NCBI RefSeq assembly: GCF_018350175.1
Contig: NC_058368.1
Span: forward strand, 11,470,001-11,534,000
Reading direction: 5' to 3'
Source: Felis catus
Taxonomy: Eukaryota
Length of the DNA: 64,000 nt
The translations under genes and the position numbers were made by a program. Below, one piece after another: positions 53,901 to 64,000 of the stretch. Each line of letters begins with the position of its first letter. The stretch's first letter is position 1. The notes beneath the pieces are model-generated. The model did no database searches and had not been told where the DNA came from. It saw nothing but the letters and a program-made list of their open reading frames with translations.

Positions 53901-56793
53901 CTCAAAAAGAAAAGGGAGATGACCCAAATAGATAAAATCATGAATGAAAATGGAATTATTACAACCAATCCCTCAGAAATACAAGCAATTATCAGGGAAT
54001 ACTATGAAAAATTATATGCCAACAAACTGGACAACCTGGAAGAAATGGATAAATTCCTAAACACCCACACACTTCCAAAACTCAAACAGGAGGAAATAGA
54101 AAGCTTGAACAGACCCATAATCAGCAAAGAAATTGAATGGGTTATCAAAAATCTCCCAACAAATAAGAGTCAAGGACCAGATGGCTTCCCTGGGGAATTC
54201 TACCAGACATTTAGAGCAGAGATAATACCTATCCTTCTCAAGGTATTCCAAAAAAATAGAAAGGGAAGGAAAACTTCCAGACTCATTCTATGAAGTCAGT
54301 ATTACTTTGATTCCTAAACCAGAGACCCAGTAAAAAAAAGAGAACTACAGGCCAATATCCCTGATGAATATGGATGCAAAAATTCTCAATAAGATACTAG
54401 CAAATTGACTTCAACAGCTTATAAAAAGATTTACTCACCATGATCAAGTGGGATTCATTCCTGGGATGCAGGGCTGGTTCAACATTCGCAAATCAATCAA
54501 TGTGATACATCACATTAATAAAAGAAAAGATAACAACTATATGATCCTGTCAATCGATGCAGAAAAAGCATTTGACAAAATTCAGCATCTTTTCTTAAGA
54601 AAAACCCTCGACAAAGTCGGGATAGAAGGAACATACTTAAACATCATACAAGCCATTTATGAAAAGCCCACAGCTAATATCATCCTCAATGGGGAAAAAC
54701 AGAGCTTTCCCCCTGAGGTCAAGAACACGACAGGGATGTCCACTCTCACCGCTGTTGTTTAACATAGTGTTGGAAGTGCTAGCATCAGCAATAAGACAAC
54801 AAAAGGAAATCAAAGGCATCAAAATTGGCAAAAATGAAGTCAAGCTTTCACTTTTTGCAGATGACATGATACTATACATGGAAAATCCGATAAACTCCAC
54901 CAAAAGTCTAGAACTGATACATGAATTCAGCAAAGTTGCAGGATACAAAATCAATGTACAGAAATCAGTGGCATTCTTATACACCAATAATGAAGCAACA
55001 GAAAGACAAATGAAACTGATCCCATTCACAATTGCACCAAGAAGCATAAAATACCTAGGAATAAATCTAACCAAAGATGTAAAAGATCTGTATGCTGAAA
55101 ACTATAGAAAGCTTATGAAGGAAATTCAAGAAGATATAAGGAAATGGAAAAACATTCCGTGCTCATGGGTTGGAAGAATATTGTCAAAATGTCAATACTA
55201 CCTAAAGCTATCTACACATTCAATGCAATCCCAATCAAAATTGCACCAGCATTCTTCTTGAAGCTAGAACAAGCAATCCTGAAATTCATATGGAACCACA
55301 AAAGGCCCCGAATAGCCGAAGTAATTTTGAAGAAGACCAAAGTGGGAGGCATCACAATCCCAGACTTTAGCCTCTACTACAAAGCTGTCATCATCAAGAC
55401 AGCATGGTATTGGCACAAAAACAGACACATAGACCAATGGAATAGAATAGAAACCCCAGAACTAGACCCACAAACGTATGGCCAACTAATCTTTGACAAA
55501 GCAGGAAAGAACATCCAATGGAAAAAAGACAGTCTCTTTAACAAATGGTGCTGGGAGAACTGGACAGCAACATGCAGAAGATTGAAACTAGACCACTTTC
55601 TTACACCATTCACAAAAATAAACTCAAAAGGATAAAGGACCTGAATGTGAGACAGGAAACCATCAAAACCCGAGAGGAGAAAGCAGGAAAAGACCTCTCT
55701 GACCTCAGCCGCAGCAATCTCTTACTTGACACATCCCCAAAGGCAAGGGAATTAAAAGCAAAAATGAACTATTGGGACCTCATCAAGATAAAAAGCTTCC
55801 AGCTTCTGCACAGCAAAGGAAACAATCAACAAAACTAAAAGACAACTGATGGAACAGGAAAAGATATTTGCAAATGACATATTGCCTAAAGGGCTAGTAT
55901 CCAAAACCTATAAAGAACTCACCAAACTCCACACCTGAAAAACAATCCAGTGAAGAAATGGGTAGAAGATATGGATAGGCACTTTTCCAAAGAAGACATC
56001 CAGATGGTCAACAGACACATGAAATGATGCTCAATGTCACTCCTCATCAGGGCAATACAAATCAAAACTGCACTGAGATACCACCTCATGCCAGTCAGAG
56101 TGGCCAAAATGAACAAATCAGGAGACTATACATGCTGGCGAGGACGTGGAGAAATGGGAACCTTCTTGCACCATTGGTGGGAATGCAAACTGGTGCAGCC
56201 ACTCTGGAAAACAGTGTGAGGTTCCTCAAAAAATTAAAAATAGAACTACCCTATGACGCAGCAATAGCACTGCTAGGAATTTACCCAAAGGATACAGGAA
56301 TGCTGATGCATAGGGGCACATGTACCCCAATGTTTATAGCAGCACTTAAAACAATAGCCAAATTATGGAAATAGCCTAAATGCCCATCAACTGACAAATG
56401 GATAAAGAAGATGTGGTTTATATATACAATGGAATACTACTTGACAATGAGAAAAAAATTAAATCTGGCCATTTGCAGCAACGTGGATGGAACTGGAAGG
56501 TATTATGCTAAGTGAAATCAGTCAGAGAAAGACAGATACCATATGTTTTCCCTCATAAATGGATCTTGAGAAATTTAACAAAAGGCCATGGGGGAGGGGA
56601 AGGGGGGAAAAAAAGTTACAGAGAGGGAGGCAAACCCTAAGAAACTCTTGGATACTGAGAACAAACTGAGGGTTGATGGGGGTTGGGGGAGAGGGGAAAG
56701 TGGGTGATGGGCATTGAGGAGGGCACTTGTTGGGATGAGCACTGGGTGGTGTTGTATGGAAACCAATTTGTCAATAAATTATATATATTTTTT
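50915..56793 (+). mobile_element. Full-length felid-type L1 (~5.9 kb), inactive
   Basis: CpG-rich 5' UTR 50915-51840; ORF1 ~51841-52724 (frameshifted); ORF2 from ATG 52775 with endonuclease motifs (TLNVNGLN, CLQETH, GDFN, SDHN) and RT motifs (QGCPLSP, FADDM), frameshifted; 3' UTR with AATAAA. Confidence 0.96.
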
Positions 56794-57381
56794 AAAGTAC
56801 TAAAAGGAAAAAAAAAAACACTTAAAAAAAAAAAAAAGATAGCCTAGCCAGAAAGGTTATTATTCAGAATTGAAGAGAAGATCTAGAGTTGACCAGATAA
56901 GCAAAATCTCAAGGATTTCTTCACCACTAAACCAGATTCATAAGAATATTAAAGATTTAATTAAGGGAAAAGACAATAAGAAAATATATGAACGACAAAA
57001 TCTCAGTGGTAAAAGTAAACATATACAAAAAGTAGTGAGTGAACCACTTGAGAAGCTAGGATGAGGTTAAAAAACAAAAGTAGTAAAAACTAAATCTACA
57101 ATAATTAGTTAAGAGATAGTCTAAAAAAAGATGTCAAAGAGACAAACCACGGAGAACAGGGCAAGTGGGCAGGTAAAAATGTGCTTTTAGAATTCATTGG
57201 AACTTATAGGATCACCTACTTAAAATAGACTGCTATATACATACACTGTTATATATAAACCTCATGTAACTATAAACCAAAATCCTATAATTGATATATA
57301 AAAAACAGAAAAGAATTCAAACATAACACTAAAGAAAGTTATCACAAAAGAAGAGAGGGACTACAAAACAACCAGAAAACA
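56794..57381 (+). mobile_element. Continuation of the old host L1 (ORF1 C-terminus and inter-ORF region)
   Basis: Starts with the second copy of TSD AAAGTACTAAAAGG(A)n; ORF1-like ttattcagaattgaag..tcaccactaaacca. Confidence 0.8.
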
Positions 57382-60300
57382 CAGACAATCTAGACTTTAA
57401 AATAAAGACTGTATCAAGAGATGAAGAAGGGCATTATATCATAATTAAGGGGTCTATCCACCAAGACCTAACAACTGTAAACATTTATGTGCCAAATGTG
57501 AGAGCACCCAAATATATAAATCAATTAATCACAAACATAAAGAAACTCATTGATAGTAACACCATAATAGTAGAAGACTTCAACGCCCCACTCACAGCAA
57601 TGGAAAGATCATCTAATCAAAAAATCAACAAGGAAACAATGGCTTTGAATGACACACTGGACCAGATGGACTTAACATATATATACAGAACATTTCATCC
57701 TAAAGCAGTGGAATATACATTCTTCTCCAGTGCACATGGAACCTTCTCCAGAATAGACACATACTGGGACACATATCAGCCCTCAACAACTACAAAAAGA
57801 TCTAGATCATACTGTGCATATTTTCAGACCACAACGCTATGAAACTCAAAATCAACCACAAGAAAAAATTTGGAAAGGTAACAAATACTTCGAGACTAAA
57901 GAACATCCCACTAAAGAATGAATGAGCTAACCAAGAAGTTAAAGAGGAAATTAAAAAGTTCATGGAAGCCCATGAAAATGATAAACACCACAACCCAAAA
58001 CCTCTGGGACACAGCAAAGGCAGTCATAAGAGGGAAGTATATAGCAATCCAGGCTTTCCTAAAAAAGGAAGAAAGATCTCAGATACACAACCTAACCTTA
58101 TGCCTTAAAGAGCTGGAAGAAGAACAGCAAATAAAACCCGAAACCAGAAGACAGGAAATAATAAAGATTAGAGCAGAAATTAATGCTAGTGAAACCAAAA
58201 AAAAAACAAACAAAACAAAACAAACAAACAAACAAAAAAAACAGATCAATGAAACCAGAAGCTGGTTCTTTGAAAGAATTAACAAAATTGATAAACCATT
58301 AGCCAGTTTGATCAAAAAGAAAAAGGAAAGGACCCAAATAAAATCAAGAATGAAAGAGGAGAGATCACAACCAACACAGCAGAAATAAAAACAATAATAA
58401 GAGAATATTGTGAGCAATTATACACCAATAAAATGGGCAATCTGGAAGAAATGGACAAATTCCTAGAAACATATACACTACCAAAACTGAAACAGGAAGA
58501 TATAGAAAATTTGAACAGACCCATAACCAGTAAAGAAATCGAATTCATAATCAAAAATCTCCAAAAAACAAGAGTGGGAGGCCATCTGGCTTTCCAGGGG
58601 AATTCTACCAAACATTTAAGGAAGAGTTAACACCTATTCTCTTGAAGCTGTTCCAAACAATAGAAATGGAAGGAAAACTTCCAAACTCTATGAAGCCAGC
58701 ATGACCTTGATTCCAAAACCAGACAGAGACCCCACTAAAAAGGAGAACTATAGACCAGTTTCCCTGAGGAACATGGATGCAAAAATCCTCAACAAGATAT
58801 TAGCCAACCGGATCCAACAATACATTAAAAAAATTATTCACCACAACCAAGTGGGATTTATACCTGGGATGCAGGGCTGGTTCAATATCCACAAAACAAT
58901 TAACGTACTTCATCACATCAATAAAAGAAAGGACAAGAGCCACATGATCCTCTCAATAGATGCAGAAAAAGCATCTGACAAAATACAGCATCCTTTCTTG
59001 ATAAAAAGCCTCAAGAAAGTAGGGATAGAAAGATCATACCTCGAGATCATAAAAGCCATATATGAACGACCAAACGCTGGTATCTTCAATGGGGAAAAAC
59101 TGAGAGCTTTCCCCCTCAGGTCAGGAACAAGACAGGGATGTCCACTCTCACTACTGTTATTCAACATAGTATTGGAAGTCTTAGCCTCAGCAATCATACA
59201 ACACAAAGAAATAAAAGGCATCCAAACAGGCCAGAAGGAAGTCAAACTTTCACTCTTCACAGATGACACGATACTCTGTGTGGAAAACCCAAAAGATTCC
59301 ACCAAAAAAACTGCTAGAACTGATTCATTAATTCAGCAAAGTTGCAGGATATAAAATCAATGCACAGAAATTGGTTGCATTCCTATACACCAACAATGAA
59401 GCAACAAAAAGAGAAATCAAGGAATCGATCCCATTTACAATTGCACCAAAAACAATAAAATACCTAGGAATAAATCTAACCAAAGAGGTGAAAAATCTAT
59501 ACACTGAACACTATAGAAAACTAATGAAAGAAACTGAGAAAGATACAAAAAAAAATGGAAAAAGATGCCATGCTCCTGGATAGGAAGAACAAATATCGTT
59601 AAAATGTCGATACTACCCAAAGCAATCTACATAAGTCAATGCAATCCCTATCAAAATAATACTGGTATTCTTCACAGAGCTAGAACAATCCTAAAATTTG
59701 CATGTAACCAGAGAAAACACCAAATAGCCAAAGCAATCTTGAAAAAGAAAACCAAAGCAGGAGGCATCACAATCCCAGACTTCAAGCTATACTACAAAGC
59801 TGTAATTATCAAGACAGTATGGGACTGGCACAAGAACAGACTCTCAGATCAATGGAATTGAATAGAGAACCCAGAAATGGACCCACAAACGTATGGCCAA
59901 CCAATCTTTGACCAAGCAGGAAAGAACATCCAATGGAATAACGACAATCTCTTCAGCAAGTGGTGCTGGGAAAACTAGACAGCAACATGCAGAAGAATGA
60001 ACCTGGACCACTTTCTTACACCATACAGAAAAATAAACTCAAAATGAATGAAAGACCTAAATGTAAGACAGGAAGCCATCAAAATCCTCGAGGAGAAAGC
60101 AGGCAAAAACCTCTTTGATCTTGGCCGTAGCAACTTCTTACTCAACACATCTTTGGAGGCAAGGGAAACAAAATGAACTATTGGGACCTCATCAAAATAA
60201 AAATCTTCTGCACAGTGAAGGAAACAATCAGCAAAACTAAAAGGCAACCAACAGAATGGGAGAAGATATTTGCAAACAACATATCAGATAAAGGGCTAGT

Positions 60301-61500
60301 ATCCAAAATCTATAAAGAACTCATCAAACTCAACACCCCAAAAAACCAAATAATCCAGTAAAGAAATGGGCAAAAGACAGGAACAGACACTTCTCCAAAG
60401 ACGACATCCAGATGGCCAACTGACACATGAAAAAATGCTCAACTTCACTCATCATCAGGGAAATACAAAATCAAAACCACCATGAGATACCACCTTACAC
60501 CTGTCAGAATGGCTAACATTAACAACTCAGGCAACAGCAGATGTTGGTGAGGATGCGGAGAAAGAGTACCTCTTTGGCACTGCTGGTGGGAATGCAAGCT
60601 GGTGCAGCCACTCTGGCAAACAATATGGAGGTTCCTCAAAAAATTAAAAATAGAACTACTCTACAACCCAGCAGTTGCACTACCAGGTATAAATCCAAAG
60701 GATACAGGTGTGCTGTTTCGAAGGCACACAGGCACCCCAATGTTGATAGCAGCACTATCAATAATAGCCAACTAATGGGTAGAGCCCAAATGTCCACTGA
60801 TAAAGGGATAAAGATGTCATATTATATATACACATACATACATACATACAACAGAGTATTACTCAGCAATCAAAAAGAATGAAATCTTGCCATTTGCAAC
60901 AACATGGATGGAACTGGAGGGTATCATGCTAAGAGAAATTCGTCAGAGAAAGAAATATCATAGGCCTTCACTCATGTGGATTTAAGATACAAAACAGATG
61001 AACAAAAGGGAAGGGAAGCAAAAATGATAAAAACAGGGAGGGGTACAAAACCTAAGAGACTCTTAAATACAGAGAACAGGGGCGCCTGGGTGGCTCGGTC
61101 AGTTAAGCATCCGACTTCAGCTCAGGTCATGATCTCATGGTCCGTGAGTTCGAGCCCCGTGTGGGGCTCTGTGCTGACCGCTCAGAGCCTGGAGCCTGTT
61201 TCAGATTCTGTGTCTCCCTCTCTCTCTGCCCCTCCCCTGTTCATGCTCTGTCTCTCTGTCTCAAAAATAAATAAACATTAAAAATTAAAAAAAAAATACA
61301 GAGAACATACCAAGGTTTGCTGGAGGGGTTTTGGGTGGGAGGATGGGCTAAATGGGTAAGGAACATTAAGGAAAACACTTGTTGGGATGAGTACTGGGTG
61401 TTATACATAGGGTATAAATCACTGGAATCTACTGCTGAAATCATTAATGCAGTATATGCTTGCTAACTGACTTGGATGTAAAACAAAATTAAATAAAATA
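57382..61500 (+). mobile_element. 5'-truncated L1 (most of ORF2 plus 3' UTR) of a different subfamily, decayed
   Basis: ORF2 fragments 57489-60882 in the ORF track (RT motif degraded to FTDDT); 3' UTR differs from that at 56580-56790. Confidence 0.93.
61079..61293 (+). mobile_element. Can-SINE inserted in an L1 3' UTR
   Basis: Perfect 14-bp TSD AAATACAGAGAACA (61065-61078, 61294-61307). Confidence 0.96.
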
Positions 61501-61639
61501 TTGTGCTTACAAAAAAAATGTTTAGCGATGGGAAAAATCAGGGTGACTTGGAGAAGGTAGAACTATAAGGTTGGCAGTTTAAAAAAAAGAAAAAGCAAAT
61601 AACATATACATATATATAGAAGTTATATAGTGCTTTCTT

Positions 61640-63043
61640 CTTGTTCATCCCAACAAGTACCCTCCTTAATGCCCATCACCCATCTTCCTCACCTCCATTA
61701 ACCCTGTTTGTTCTCTGTATTTATTAGTCTTTTATAGTTTGCCTTCTTCTCTGTTTTTATCTTATTTTCCTTTCCTTCCCCTATGATCATCTGCTAAGTT
61801 TCTCAAATTCCACAAGTGAAATCATGTGTTATCTTTCTGTGACTGATATTTTTCACTTAGCATAATACCCTCCAGATCCATCCATGTTGTTGCAGATGGC
61901 AAGATTTCATTCTTTTTGATTGCCAAGTAGTATTCCATTGTGTATATATACCACATCTTTTTAATCCATTCGTCAGTGGATGGACATTTGGGCTCTTTCC
62001 ATAATTTGGCTATTGAATAGTACGGCTATAAACATTGGGGTATATGTGAGCCTTCAACAGCACTCTTGTATCCTTTGCATAAATTCCTAGTAGTAGTAGG
62101 AATTACTGCCAGGTAGTAGGGTAGTTCTCTTTTTAATTTTTTGAAGAACCTCCACACTGCTTTCAAGAATGGCTGCAAGAGTTTGCATTCCTACCAACAG
62201 TGCAAGAGGGTTCCCCTTTGTCCACATCCTCACTAACATCTGTTGTTTCCTGAGTTGTTAATTTCAGCTACTCTGACCCATGAGAGGTGATATCTCAATG
62301 TGGTTTTGATTTGTATTTCCCTAATGATGAGTGATGCTGAGCATCTTGTCATGTGTCTGCTTGCCATCTGGATGTCTTCTCTGGAAAAGAATCTATTCAC
62401 GTCACCTACCCGTTTCTTCACTGGACTATTTGTTTTTTGGGTGTTGTGTTTGTTAAGTTCTTTATGGAAATAACCCTTATCCAATATGTCATTTGCAAAT
62501 ATCTTCTCCCTTTCCATTGGTTGCCTTTTAGTTTTATTGTTTCCTTTGCTGTGCAGAAGCTTTATATCTTGATGAAGTCTCAATAGTTAATTTTTGTTTT
62601 TATTTCCCTTCCCTTTGGAGACATGTCAAGTAAGAAGTTGCTGTGGCCAAGGTCAAAGAGGTTGCTGCTTATTTTCTCCTCTAGGATTATTAATGGCTCC
62701 TGTCTCATATTTAGGTATTTCATCCGTTTTGAATTTATTTTTGTGTATGGTTTAAGTGGTCCAGGTTCATCCTTTTGCATGCTGCTGTCCAGTTCTCCCA
62801 GCACCATTTGCTAAAAGAAACTGTCTTTTTTCCATTGGATATGCTTTCCTGCTTTGTTGAAGACCGGTTGGCCATACATTTGTGGGTCCATTTCTAGATT
62901 CTCAAAGACTCTGAATAGCCAAAGTAACGTTGAAAAAGAAAACCAAAGCTGGAGGCATCACAATCCCAGACTTCAGCCTGTCTTGCAAAGCTATAATCAT
63001 CAAGACAGTATGGTATTGGCACAAAAACAGACACATAGGTCAA
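61640..63043 (-). mobile_element. 5'-truncated L1 with an inverted 5' segment (62904-63043 is on +)
   Basis: Minus-strand ORF2 C-terminus and 3' UTR at 61640-62903, abutting + strand ORF2 sequence that lies just upstream in L1 coordinates. Confidence 0.9.
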
Positions 63044-63529
63044 AGCAATAAAGCATGGAAATTTAAAAATCAGTCTCTGCTTTGAGGAAGCCCAGAGACC
63101 AATAGGAAGCTGAGACCTTGCCCTTAAAGATCCAGCACAACACACAAGCCATAGAGATCTAGCTTGGAAACAGCAGTTTGAAAGGCAACTGGAGCTCACA
63201 GGAAGGAGAGTTAGTTACTAATCTGAGTTTGCTGAGGGACTTCAGGAACAAAAGAGCTGGCAGGTGCCATTTCCCTCCCTTGCCCCTCATCATAAACACA
63301 CAGCCACCTGCAGGAACCAGCAAGTCTCCACAACTCACTAACTTCCTTGCACCAGGCCTTGCCCTCCCCAGCCAGACCTGCCTCAGTCCCAGTGCTGTGG
63401 ATCAACTCGCCCAGAACACCTAGGCAAATCTTGCCAACACTACACTCCTGACCACCCATGGAACACATGTACAACTTATTAAAACTTCACCCTCCCCACC
63501 TCGGGAGCTGTGCTGAGCTTATGTGTCCA

Positions 63530-64000
63530 GCATGGGAGCACCCAAATGCATAAAACAGTTAATAAGAAACAAAGGAATTGGTAGTAATACAATAGTAGGG
63601 GACTTTAACACCCCACTTACATCAATGGACAGATCATCCAAATAGACAGTCAACAATACTAGCTTTCAATGACAACCTAGAACATTTACCAGATGTATTC
63701 AGAACATTCCATCCTAAAATGGCAGAATACACATTCTTTTCAAATGCACATGGAACATTCTCTAGAATAGGTCACATATTAGCCCACAAAACAAGTCGTA
63801 ACAAATGCGCAAAGATCAATATCATACCATGCATATTTTCTGACTACAACACTATGAAACTAGAAGTCAACCACGAAAAAATCTGAAAAGACCACAAATG
63901 CATGGAGATTAAATAACATGCTAACAAACAATGGATCAACCAGGAAATAAAAGAAGGAATTAAAAAATACATGCAAATAAGAGAAAATGAAAACACAACA
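63530..64000 (+). mobile_element. L1 ORF2 endonuclease-domain fragment running off the window
   Basis: ggggactttaacaccccact (GDFNTPL), acattcttttcaaatgcacatggaacattctctagaatag; collinear with 53130-53610. Confidence 0.85.

Noticed and set aside
52721..56374. L1 ORF2 as an active or domesticated gene
   Set aside because: Broken into many frames by frameshifts and stops; ORF1 is also disrupted; no sign of a preserved long reading frame.

Overview
Mammalian genomic DNA, not prokaryotic. The SINEs and L1 3' UTRs look like feliform carnivore (cat-family-like) Can-SINE and L1 elements. Bases 2629-45635 on the + strand hold the 3' end of FRY (protein furry homolog). Twelve exons with canonical AG/GT boundaries splice in frame into the C-terminal ~623 aa, ending ...[12 protein letters not shown], followed by a ~1.2 kb 3' UTR. 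Two frame-preserving microexons missing from the ORF track are visible: 9 nt (ELQ, 8537-8545) and 18 nt (QMESLA, 33994-34011). The introns carry Can-SINEs, ancient MIR/L2/CR1/MER33/MaLR relics and a near full-length antisense L1 (37.1-43.6 kb). Bases 47.4-64 kb are an almost continuous nested stack of decayed LINE-1 elements. I see no evidence of a novel biological system. The most interesting signals are the microexons and candidate cryptic exons, a chimeric double L1 inside one target-site duplication, three 5'-inverted L1 insertions, a micro-inversion, and local duplications. Gene and repeat family names come from recognising the sequence, not from database searches.
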